Shown: positions 38,743 to 51,001 of the stretch, one piece after another
How the letters are laid out: every line of letters begins with the position of its first letter
Position numbering within the stretch: the first letter of the stretch is position 1
Notes under the pieces: model-generated
What the model was told of the DNA's origin: nothing
The model's database searches: none
What the model saw: only the letters and a program-made list of their open reading frames with translations
Assembly (NCBI GenBank): GCA_030248215.1
Contig: JASANG010003494.1
Location: forward strand, 186,001-250,000
DNA: 64,000 nucleotides
Direction of reading: 5' to 3'
From: Enoplolaimus lenunculus
Taxonomy: Eukaryota
Position numbers and translations under genes: made by a program

Positions 38743-41700
38743 TGTAGGTGGCTGTGCCACACTTAAACCTATTTCAAACTAAAAACTAAAACTAAAATAA
38801 AACCCTATATCTAAACCACACCTTAAGGGAGTTCCTGGCTCCACCTAGTCTCTCTTAGAACTTAAGTTAGGCTTAGGCGTTGCTACAAGGCGTAGAAATT
38901 GGTAAATCTATGCTATGGCGGCTGTGTCCGCAATGTAAACTTACCTGGGGCCCTGCGTGGCCATAGAATGGATTGATTAATGGTGCATATCGAGATGGCT
39001 ATAATTGCGTTTAACGACATAGCTAGGCTATGTCAGCACCAAAAATGGTGCTTAATATTGTGTGTCTCCGGCATGGTTGTTGTTGTTGTTGTAGTACCGG
39101 TTGGGTGGCTCTCGACCTCGACCGCATTGCGGACACCCAGTGGTGTGTGTCGGCAAAAATGCAAATGAGGTCGAGATGCCGATATGGGTAGCCAGGACCG
39201 GAATCAGTCTTGGTTGAGTTTTTCTACAAATCGGTTGGCGTTTTATTTGGTTGGCGGCGAGCGTTTATTTTTACATTGCTTCTTGAATTTTGGTTTGCGT
39301 TTGGAAATTTTACTAAGTAAGGTCGAACGGATTTAAGTTTAAGTTTGTCACGGTGGCTTAACATGTGAAGGAAAGCAGGCATCACGGATTTAATTGGTGT
39401 TGCGCAGGGCGCAGAAATTACCCAGTATTGGATACTGGTGTCATGTGCTAAAGGAACTTGGGATATTAAAGGAAACCTGGGGAAAAGTAGTCTAGTAAAT
39501 CTAACGGGGTTAGATCAAAAAAAAAGAAAAAACAAAAAAAAAAAAAAAAAAAAAAACAAAAAAAAAAAACAAAACAAACCCCCCACCAAGACGCAAGGAA
39601 AAGGGCAATGGCCCAGAGGGCGCGCGTTAGTCCGAAGGGATCAACGGGCGGATATGTACGACCGGCTGCGGGGTCGGTGGTAAGTAGAATCGGACCGAGG
39701 CAGGCGAATCCGGTGTACAGTGCATCGGCTGTGCGATCACAGACAGCGCCTGGGTACCGAGGATCCGGAGCAGTAACGCAGAGGGTGGTTATTAGTCCAC
39801 CAGCTGGGTCGGCAAGGGTACGGCCACCAGTCCGGCAAACGTCGGGCGAGCGGTACCCTGTACGAGTTGGCGGTCATATGGGACAGTCGCAAGTGGCGCC
39901 GGCACGTGGTTATTACAATCAGCAAGTGGAGGACGTACGGCAGGCGATGCGAGAAAGTCGTCAAGTGGAACGACAGCAGCAGCAACAACGGGCGTCGCGA
40001 TCAGTGGCGCGCGATAATCAGTGGGTGACGCAGGAAGAATTGGACGCCTATTATGCGGACGTCCCTCGTGAACTGCGTCGAAAACGCTTTTGATGGATCG
40101 GTAATAGACGTTATGGTGATTATTAGTTCGGTAATGCTGCGGGGTGCTGGGGGTTGTACTGGTACGCCGGGTCGTTGGAATGGAATCTTGGGGAGTGACG
40201 TTATTTGGGCTGTTCTGGGGCTGTTAATGTGGTAATGGTTGTCGGGGGTAATGTTGAACGGGTGCTGGGGGTGCGCTGGTACGCGGTTTCGTTATTTGGG
40301 TTTTATTGGACGCATTGGCAACATTGTCGTGGGTCGTTAGTGGTTTGTTATCGTTATTCGGCGGAAAAGACAAAAACTTTAAAAATAAATAAAAAGCAAT
40401 ATAAAAGAAAGAAAATGATGAAAAATTGTTGTTGTTATTGTTGTTAAGTTTGTTATTGTGGATTTACGCTTTTTAGCGACGGCAAAAAAGGCAGTAAATA
40501 GGGCCATAAAATTTTGTTCGATGCCAGGGTCGGCATCTGTGCCGAAGGGGGGATGTAGGTGGCTGTGCCACACTTAAACCTATTTCAAACTAAAAACTAA
40601 AACTAAAATAAAACCCTATATCAAAACCACACCTTAAGGGAGTTCCTGGCTCCACCTAGTCTCTCTTAGAACTTAAGTTAGGCTTAGGCGTTGCTACAAG
40701 GCGTAGAAATTGGTAAATCGATGCTATGGCGGCTGTGTCCGCAATGTAAACTTACCTGGGGCCCTGCGTGGCCATAGAATGGATTGATTAATAGTTTATA
40801 TTGTGCTGGCCTAAATTGCGTTTAACGACATAGCTAGGCTATGTCAGCACCAAAAATGGTGCTTAATATTGTGTGTCTCCGGCATGGTTGTTGTTGTTGT
40901 TGTAGTACCGGTTGGGTGGCTCTCGACCTCGACCGCATTGCGGACACCCAGTTGTGTGTGTCGGCAAAAATGCAAATGAGGTCGAGATGCCGATATGGGT
41001 AGCCAGGACCGGAATCAGTCTTGGTTTAGTTTTTCTACAAATCGGTTGGCGTTTATTGGTTGGCGGTGAGCGTTTATTTTTACATTGCTTCTTGAATTTT
41101 GGCTTGCGTTTGGAAATTTTAATAAGTAAGGTCGAACGGATTTAAATTTAAGATTGTCACGGTGGCTTAACATGTGAAGGAAAGCAGGCATCACGGATTT
41201 AATCGGCGTTGCGCAGGGCGCAGAAATTACCCAGTATTGGATACTGGTGTCATGTGCTAAAGGAACTTGGGATATTAAAGGAAACCTGGGGAAAAGTAGT
41301 CTAGTAAATCTAACGGGGTTAGATTTATTATTCTACAACGGCTGGGCCAAATCTAACGGGGTTAGATTGGTCGGAAATTTGGTGTAACTCTAACGGGGTT
41401 AGAGTACACGGTTTAACGGGGTGTAATTCTAACGGGGTTAGAATTGCACGGATTCTGGAAAACGGCAAAAGTATTTGGTACGGTAAAGCCAGTGGCTGGA
41501 TTAAATCAGATTCAGACGTCGGCTTTAAGGATTCCGGCTCGGGTTACCAGTTAAATTACATAACCTGTGATTTGCTGGCCTTTAATTTGGGTATTTCGTG
41601 TCTTACGGTTCGGGTACCAGTAAATTACATAACCTGTGATTTGCTGGCCTTAATTTCGGTTGTTTTGTGTCCCACAGGTCGCGGGTACCAGTTAAATTAC

Positions 41701-41840
41701 ATAACCTGTGATTTGCTGGCCTTAAATTTGGGTATTTTGTGTGTCATACGGGTTGCGGGTTGGGATTTATAATAAACATTTACCGGCCGCGTTTTACTAA
41801 ATCAGAGCGAATAGCATACATCGAGAAAAGAACTATACAG
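38743..41840 (+). mobile_element. Internally deleted LTR-retrotransposon-like element in MEGF6-like intron 3
   Basis: About 770-bp near-identical direct repeats (38743-39515, 40554-41324), both starting TGTAGG. Polypurine tract GAAGGGGGGA directly before the second copy, AATAAA at 41771. The 3' end is approximate and no TSD was found. Confidence 0.65.
39608..40093 (+). CDS. Arg/Gln/Ser-rich orphan ORF (161 aa) inside LTR-like element
   Basis: Longest single ORF in the window, GC-rich, ends RRKRF, frame open upstream into an A-rich tract. No domain recognised. Confidence 0.4.
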   Translation: MAQRARVSPKGSTGGYVRPAAGSVVSRIGPRQANPVYSASAVRSQTAPGYRGSGAVTQRVVISPPAGSARVRPPVRQTSGERYPVRVGGHMGQSQVAPARGYYNQQVEDVRQAMRESRQVERQQQQQRASRSVARDNQWVTQEELDAYYADVPRELRRKRF

Positions 41841-44800
41841 GCGATACAGGATACAGGCTTAAGTCAAAATCACGAACTTCTCACACAAAGCTGAACAATT
41901 TTGTACGAGAGGGGGTAAAATATTACCAAGGGCGGCAGAGATCCGCTAGCCCCCTTTGGTTATGGGCCCGCTTAAACGTCGTTGCAAAACTAGAATCCAA
42001 ACCTGCAAAAGTGTCGGTTTCTTGTCTCTAGAAATTACAGGGGCTTGCAGTGTACCCTTGTATGAATGGGTTTTTCGGTCATTCTCTTCCCAACCTTGGT
42101 TTGCCAAAAAATCGTATTCATTTCAAAAAAATTTTTTTACATATTTGAGCTTCTCATTACGTCCCGTAATTATGCCGCGCCAAAACATGGACTTTTGAAA
42201 AATTCGGATTTTTGTAGGTCCCAAGGCCCCCCTTGAAACCTGAAATTCATGACAAGCTCCATATATGCAATACTTTTCAAAATTCATCCTTATTTCGGTA
42301 AATCCCGGCTGGGGCAAGGATAACCGAAAAGACCCGAATTAATTGAGTGTTATTTCTTAACTGCTCATGCTTAAAATCGTTAGAATTAGCTTGGCTTAAA
42401 AGCATATGTAAATTGTAATTGATCATGCACATAGCTTATACTCAGTGAACAAATATTGCGAGCGCAGCGAACAAGAAGCCAAACGCAATTTCAGTACTGT
42501 CTTATGTGTAAAAATTTGGTTACGTTTTCTGTTTGGGGTTTGCTTGGGTGCCTCCGTCTTGGATCCGCCGATGGTTTGCCTGGAGTAAGAATATGCGGTT
42601 CGTTTATCACTCACTTTAGCTGGGGCTGCTAATATATTTTAGCAACCGAATAATCTATACATTAAAGTTGCAATGCCCTACATACGTATTTTGGGCAATG
42701 TTTCAGCATTGCTTTGCTTACAATGAATTCTTTTTATAACATAAACTTGATCGTTCTATGGAAAGAAAATCTGCATGAAGATGTTTGTACATTCCCTCAC
42801 TTTTGCGCATTGCTCAAAATCGGCTGCCTAAGTTTATATAAAAATCAATATGAGGCTTTATTTTCAAAAAAGCATCTGAACGTTAATAATTCGTAGTGAA
42901 AACTTGTCTGATTTTTTATAGAACATAAATTTAGACTTTTCCTAATGGATTTCTTCGCTGGTTAGAGTTTATTTTGGAATTCAGATTGACGTTTGAATAG
43001 TTGTGAGTATATTGTATTTTATCAATGGCGTTTTTTAGCTAAAATCATTTCGCTATTTAAGTAAAACAAAATTTCAAACTGGAAGCGTGCTGGTGAAAGT
43101 TATGAAACGCAATTTTTACTGTATGTTATATACGTGTGCAATGAGCAACGAAAAGATAAGGGACCTTATCATTTTATCACAAAAAATTTCCTGACGGACG
43201 GCGTACGCCATTTCCGCCAACCTCTGAACCCGCTAATGTACGTACATACAATTGTACGATAACGTCCATGTTTAGATTAGATGCAAAATAAGGTTTAGGG
43301 GCATCCTGTAAAACACAAAATGATCACAATTTAGCAATTGGTAATTATCTGTAGAGGGGGCGAGACCATTTCTACCCCAGGCAAAAAAAAACGGTTCCGA
43401 ATAAATATTTTAATGCTGTTCAAAAAGTTTTCGACCAAAGGTGCTAGAGATACGGGTCGAAGTCAGGTCAGTGTGCCTTCGTTGGCTCTATTTGTTGTCG
43501 TGGTTTTGGGGACAGAATCTACGGTTTAAACAGCAATGCAATGCACAACCTATGCGCGTAGTAAGAGGATGCGCTATATTTTACTGCGCCAAGGTCGTCA
43601 CGCGTCGCCAGACGCCACCCTGCGCCGTCAGACGCCGCCGATCGCAAATATGGACAGAATCTATTTTGGTGGCGTGGCACAGGTGGGTGTTTATAAACCA
43701 ACTTTACCGCGCTGGCTAGTGGCGCACCGCGACTGTCCATGCCGCGCGGCACGTATAGTGCAACCCTAAAAATTGTGAACCAAGTGTTTTACAGTAAAAC
43801 CGTTAACACTAACAGGTTCAAGATTTTTGAACAATGGGCCGATGAATATATTATTAATAAATATTCATTCATAACATAGAAAATTAAACGTATGACAGAC
43901 GATTTAAGCTCGATTTAGGGGGTTGTTCTACGGGGGCTGTCCGACGGGGGGCACGGCGTTTCCGCCGGATCGCCTGTCACGCAAAGGTATAAAGGAAACA
44001 AAACTCGTTACATCGAAATGTATATGTGGTTACGATAATCTTCGACAATTTATTTGATGCTGTGTTGAGTATCCGGTTCCGGTGTTTATTCGTTGACAAG
44101 TCAACAAAATTTTAACATATGTTCAAAGTAAAATTTAAATATTGTCAGTAGTTCAAAAATCACGCACAGTTTTAAACGACTTTTCTCAACTTAAATCGGT
44201 GTTTGCTTAATATTTCATTGTAATAATCCGATTTACAAGTGACCACCGATCATCAAAAGATGTTGACATTTAAATTCTCTTTCGTGCTCTCGACAGGGGC
44301 AGCGAGTTTAAACGCGACAGCGGTCCGAGTCGGTCAAAAGTTTACTCAGCAATTGAACAGCGACGTTCAGTATTGAATTATTTCGTGTTGCTTGCTCAGA
44401 TATATTAAACAGGGGCCGATAAATCGTATGGTGTTCGTTCAGTGGACAAAATGAAATTGTTATTCTGGTTTGTTATTCTGGTTAGAATTCCGGTTGAAAT
44501 AAAGTTTCGATTGCGGTATAGTATGAATTTAGCTTTCAATGATAATGTGAAAATATGCAAACTGCTGACGTTGGATCTAAAGGTTTATAGTTCAGATATG
44601 GTGCTGGCAAATAGTAAAATTAACGATCAAGCTCGAATAGTTTGGTGATCAAGACGGGGTAGCTGATTCGAATATTTAGCCATATTTTTCAAAAATTTCC
44701 CATTCAGATCTGAAAATGTTTGGTTATACGAACTCTGCATCATGTCACTAGCATTGCCTTACACAAGTTACTATTGTAAATTAGCTGTTGTTGATTGGGC

Positions 44801-47517
44801 TATTAGCGGAAACCTAGGCGTTAAACAGATATTTGGAATAACGAATAGTTAAGGCGTTGTTGAGAACTAACCAGCCATGTCCTTATCAGAGAATGTTAGT
44901 TTTCAAACGGGCCTATGCCAATATGAATTGTTCAATTGAATTTCCGCCTACTGTCGTAACATAACACACCGCATATGCTTTATGGGTATTTTCTGACAGC
45001 TCCTTTCGGACCCGGTGTGTCTCCCATATGCGCCCTGCCCAAAAGTCAACTTGGTGGTCAATGACCAACGTGCAATGACGACCATCATTGAATCTAAGGG
45101 TAAATGTTTCAATGGTAAATTAGGAAAATAGGTAATTTAGTACCACTCTCCGTGCAACTAACTTAATGCCACTGGGAGAAAATGGAAAAAATAATGTCGG
45201 AAACATGAATACTTTGAGATTTAACCTAACAGGTTAAGCTTATCAACTTTAGGCTGCAGTGAAGCAGGCCTGTAGCCAGCTTACATTGCTATGGACGCTA
45301 AAAATTGGCCAGAAGCCGCATTCAAGAGTTTTCAATGACATACAAGTAAGCGTTGAAAATTTTCGAGCGGGACCAAAATTTTTCCACGGAGGGCTAAGAC
45401 CCTTTGGCCCCTTTTGCCTACGCGTCCGCAAAGAAATTGAATATTTACCTTAATCTGTGTCTACGAAAAGATAATGGAAATTGTCAAAATTTTCACAGTT
45501 ATCGGCGTAAAGTTTAACCTCATTCTCAGATGCGTTGAATATTGATTTATCCCAGCCTAACATCAGTCGTGTATCAAATATTCATTATCATTGTTTCTGA
45601 TAAACGTTTATCTGATTCACAAAATGTCGTTTGTGAGTATATAATTTTGACTCGTTTAAAGTCTTTACCCATCATTAATCTTAAACAGTATTTCAAAGTT
45701 TGCTAATCAATTAATGAAATCTTTCAATTTGAGCTGTCAGGGTAAGGAGATAATTGAGTGATAAACTCGACCCTACGGCATCTAAACTCATCTCGATGGG
45801 GAACGACTCAAGAGGTGCGCAGGTAAACGCATGAGGGGAGGCTGGGCTACACTCTGGCTCGTATAATCAAGATGACCATCGGGTCGCAGATTTTAAGAAA
45901 TTTTTTTTCTAATGTGGAAAATTTTGACTCTCGGACTGTCAGACTTTTTAAAGCATCGTATGGGTCTGCGGCGCCCTTAAAACACGAGTAATAAAGGTCA
46001 TCAAAACCGAAAATTATGTATATATTTCTAGATTTAGTGGAAATATTGGAATCGCTTTGGGTAGCAACCCGGAAATGAGCCAAGTCCGTTGGTTTCAGAA
46101 ACGTTTTCAATTTCTAAATTTCATTCTGAATGTTCGGTTCAGTTTATCGATAAAATATCGTCAAACCACATCGGTTTGGCCGTTAGATTTTATCTCATGT
46201 CAAGCCTGTAGCCAGCTAACCTACTTGGAAGGCTAAAATATTATTCAGCAGAAGCATACAAGGGTTTTCGTTGATATACAAGCAAGGTTTAAAATTTTCT
46301 AAGGGGGAGGGTTACAAACGAGGCAGAACCCCCTTGGGTACGAGCCGGTTCATTTCTGAAACAAATTTAAACTTTACAATATTAAAATATTAATGATTAC
46401 AGGGATTGACTGGATTTGATAAACGATGGCTATGAGTTGAAAATATCCGATTTTCAGCATTGTTGGTCTTATCAAATTCAAAGCAGCAACCGGTATGGCG
46501 CAAATGGTGTCAAATTATCTGTCCAAGCTTTGACGTCTGCGGCATACCTTTTTTCCTCAGTTATCGAAATTTTCTTAATTTTGCTTAAGATTATTGTTAG
46601 GCTTAGGATTACGATTAGGGCTGAGCTTTTAGAGGATACACAAGTGCCACTTCGACTGATTCACGAAGCGGTGTCGAGGAACAACGATCTGCAAGCGACC
46701 GGCCGTCGCAGCTGTGATTCCAGTATCGTCGTTGAATTTCGCCAACCTTGATTTGGTTTAGACGCTAAGAGGTCGCGCCTTTGCGGGGGACCGTGGGAAC
46801 CGGGTCCGTGTCGGCAAACCTCTTTCATCCCGATCCCAAGTTTTTGCGTCCGTGCCGACAGAATTGTGTGTAACTCCTGGTATACTCAACTTGGTTGCTG
46901 TGCCGATGGTTTAAAAGGAATTGCAGATTCCAGCAGACGAATCGTGTTTAATACCGCAAATATTTCCTATTTTCTACACTTTCAAGTGCTCTCGTAACCC
47001 ATGTTGTTCAGGAACGCTTTTCAATTCAATTTTCAAAATTCCATTTTCTGATGCGCCATTGACTGTGACCACAACGATTTCTTTTCTACGTTGCCGTGTC
47101 TGTCTAAGTTGTTTTCAAATACGCCACAATAGAGTAGTAGCAAAGGACAACGCCGTTTGAGCCATTGTTGTTTACCGGAAAACCCAAAACCTTTGGGAGT
47201 TCCAGCGGAAACCGTATTTTGAAACGGGATAGAAATATTATTATGCCTAAAGTTGTTTCTTAAGGGGCTGTGCTGAAAATATCAGATCACAACTGAAAAT
47301 ATCAAAAAAGCAAGAGGTGGTTGAAATTAAAATAGGGATATTGCAGGCATGCAGCCAGCTCACCTATCTGCGAGGGCTAAACATTTTTCAGGACGGGCAT
47401 ACAAGAGTTTTCGATGACTTTCTCAAGCAAGGTTGAAAATATTCTACGGAAGGCGGAAATTTGTTCCGAGAAACTCCTAACCGATCTCTGGCTACAGACC
47501 AGAATAATGAGTTATAT

Positions 47518-47862
47518 CAAGAGTGAATGATCAGTCTAACAAGAGTGTGCAACTACCGAAATTTGTGTGGCACAAAATGTACCGTCGGACGTTGCATTTT
47601 TGGCCGACCCCCCTTATTTACAGGGGGGCAGTTGATGTTTGAAACGTAGAATGCGCATGGTTTTAAAATTATAAACGTAGTTAGTCTTCAACTGCAATAT
47701 TTCAACGTGTAAAATTAAAAAATGGTCAAACTTGACCCCCCCCTTAAATAAAGAGAGGGAGGGGTAGGTCAAAACCGCAACGCGTACAGGGTACATTCTT
47801 TTGTACACAGAATGCACTCAGTTGCACACTTTTGTTATACGGAGTGATCACATCCACTCTTG
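47518..47862. mobile_element. P-like MITE, second copy
   Basis: Colinear with 23032-23366, same TIRs. Confidence 0.75.
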
Positions 47863-48662
47863 GTTTATATTCACCTTATAAGTGCATTCATTTACGTAAC
47901 CAAGTTTTAACTTGAAAAAAGAGTAGTTATTCAAAAATTTATCTTATATATCTTATGTTGTTCAACCCAAACCAAAAGGCGCAATGTTTTTATTCATAAA
48001 ACTGACCGGAAAAGTAAATATTCGTCGATGAGCCCCAAGATGATATTTATGCCATAGTTTTAAAGATTCAAAGATTTGGCTGAAATCAAGTAACCCAATA
48101 CTAAACGTCAATTTGAAAAATGTTTGCCAGAAATAGTTCGGACAGGTTTCGAACGCAAGTTTGAACTGAAACGGCAAATGTTGCGCGTTATTCAAGCAAG
48201 CTTAAGAACAGAGTCAACGGCTGGGCCTATGTAACGATTAGGGGCGGAACGTTTTTCTGTGGGTCTAGAAAAGAGTAAGTTTAAGCTTTGGACTAACTTT
48301 TTTTGTTTGGTTTAGGTTTAGGCTTAGGTTTTTACGCTTAGGAATATGTTCATTCTTACGCTTAGGCTTAGGCTTAGGCTATTGTTCCGCCCCTGTTCTT
48401 TACATTGGCCAACGGTTGAGACGGTCCGTTTGAAGAGATTTGCTCGTTATAAATTTACTTCAATTGAAAGAAAACTGTTTCACTCAACAATTAAGCCCAA
48501 TAGCTTAAAACGTGTAATTGCAACTTTTTGTCTGGATGAACTCAACTCGGTTTCTTATAAACATATGTAAAATCGTTTTTTAGCTAAATATGCAACTAAG
48601 CCACATTTTGTGATCTTTTCAAAGCTGTACTATTTCTAACCTTGTATGTACCGTTGTGCCTA

Positions 48663-48812
48663 AGGGTGGCGCTATACTTGATGGGCGGCGCCGTCCGGCG
48701 CTCTACGTCACCATGCGGTATCGTTGGTGAGTATATTCACGTACGATACCGCACGATGACAGGACGGTGACGAAGAGCACCGGACGCCATCATATGTATA
48801 GCGCAGTCCCTA
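48663..48812. mobile_element. GC-rich palindromic MITE
   Basis: AGGGTGGCGCTATA..TATAGCGCAGTCCCT. Relatives at about 11720-11889 and 43563-43768. Confidence 0.6.
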
Positions 48813-50149
48813 GCTCTTATCCGAAACTGACTGATCGGGTTCGTAAGTTAAGCGGGACCATACAAGAGCCATTGACGAAAATTTTTTGGCTTCGGATGCG
48901 GTGAAGCTTGCACCCGCGGCTACAGATTACCGTTATCGATGCTTAAACCACTGGAAACCTATACAATTCCAAATTTCGGCTCATGTAAAGATCAGGGGCG
49001 GAACGTTTTTCTGTGGGACAGCAATAGAGTAAGCTTAAGTTTTAAAATATTTTTTTGCTTGGCTTAGGTTTAGGTTTAGCAATAATACTGTTCAGCCCCT
49101 GTTCTTTACATTGGCCAAAATTTCATATGTCCAACTGTGTCCACGCCCTATTCAAAACTGGTTGCACAGGTTTGTAACTTTCAACCCAGTACACAAAATT
49201 CACGAAAAAATTTACGCGTTTCCCAGTTCAAGTTGGAAATATTTTAGCCGCATAAATGCATTAATTGTACTTTTGAGTGCAACTTGCGTTGCCGACGGGT
49301 GATAGGTGCTAAATAGTCATTTATGATGCCAGGCTTATCGAACAATTTATTAAAATTTAACGCCGTTTAAGCCTCGAAATGTATCGCGGATTTTAAAACG
49401 ACAAATAAAACAGCAAATTTGTAATTATTAAATAATTTATTGTTATGTCGGCTTAAAAGTGTAAATTTTCGCTGATATACCAGTGTTATAATGTGTTATA
49501 TATATATATATGTATATATATTATATGTATATATGTATATATAAACATGAATAAAATGGACCATTGTGGTCTTTAAGAATGACCGATAGTAAGAGTGTAT
49601 ATTTTGAGGATTACAGAGGGACCACATACACTAGTAAATTCAATGGTTGAACGGGAAGGGAACGTAGGGACCTTCCATGACTGTGACGTAAAATTTAATA
49701 GGACTTAAAGATTCAAAAATAAAAGTTACGTTCAAACCAATTTTTTGCAATATTCTACCTGAAAATTATCACTGAAATTAGCTGGTTTATGAGTATGCTT
49801 ATAATACTGTTCCGCCCCGGGTCTTTACGTTGGCCATTACTTGTATATGTATTGCGTACTTTACTCCGTTAAAACAACATCAGGGTTAGACCTGGGCTTA
49901 GGTTCCAGCTTGTAAGTTAACTTTTTTCATATTGCGAGTGAAATGGTTTACGTACAACAGTGTTTATGTGAATAATTCTTGCTGGAAACGGTTATCAAAT
50001 TCAACAAATATGTACCTCCCTAGGGCTTTTAACTAAAAACTGCTACATAAGGTATACACAGCTTCAGAAAATTTGAATTACGTACAATTACAAACCAATT
50101 TTACGCACAACGTTCCTACGGAAAGTTGTTACAAAGTTTAGCATTTTTT

Positions 50150-50785
50150 TATTACGTATTTTCTCAATTTGAAGCTAATTTGGCAGATTTTTTGCGCAAT
50201 ATTTTCACAATTTCCGAAAAATTGGCAAGTTTATTATAAAATATTTTCCACAATTTCAGCAATTTTGGCAAATTTTATATTAAACATTTTCACAAATTTC
50301 GCAAAATTGGCAAATTTTTTGTTTTAATATTTTTTACAATTTCAGCTAATCTAGCAAGTTATTGCGTATGTATTTTTACAATTTAAGCAAATTTGACCAT
50401 TTATTTGTTAAATATTTACACAATTGTAGAAAATTTGTGGTAAACTTTAATAAATATTTTTACAATTTCGGCAAATTTGGCCAATTTATCGGTAATTATT
50501 TTCACAATTTCAGCAATTTTGGCAAATTGTTAATTAGATATTTTTATAATTTCAGGTTTTTGTTAACTATTTTCACAATTTCGGTTTTTTACTAACTATT
50601 TTCACAATTACAGCGAATTTGGCAATTTTTTTATTAAATATTTTCACAATTGCAGCGAATTTGGCAATTTTTTTTATTGAATATTTTCACAATTACAGCG
50701 AATTTGGCAATTTTTTTATTAAATATTTTCACAATTACAGCGAATTTGGCAATTCTTTTATTAAATATTTTCACAATTTCAGCAA
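50150..50785. repeat. 42-43 bp minisatellite abutting exon 4
   Basis: TTCACAAT recurs at 50601, 50643, 50686, 50728 and 50770, and degenerates upstream. Confidence 0.9.
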
Positions 50786-51001
50786 ACTGCACGAAAGATC
50801 TTTGCTACAATGGAGGCGAATGTATGTCAAACGCAGCCCCGCGGATCAAACGTGCCGCATGGCAATCCGACGACCCAGAAAACGTTGGAAATCCTCTAGA
50901 TCCAACTGGCACCAACGTAACCGAAAACCGCCCTGAACCTGGAAAAGGGACATCGTTATGCGCGTGTCCTAATGGGTTTCAAGGTGGCCGCTGTCAGTAT
51001 G
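50783..51001 (+). CDS. MEGF6: MEGF6-like exon 4, EGF1 with long inserted loop
   Basis: TTTCAG acceptor, GTAAGT donor. ANCTKDLCYNGGEC..(45 aa)..CACPNGFQGGRCQY. 219 bp, phase 1-1. Confidence 0.92.

Noticed and set aside
39438..39683. Poly-lysine ORF
   Set aside because: Translation of an irregular A-tract that may be low-quality sequence.
50619..50782. Hydrophobic N-terminal extension of exon 4 in the ORF track
   Set aside because: It is the translated minisatellite. Phase and domain logic place the main acceptor at 50783.
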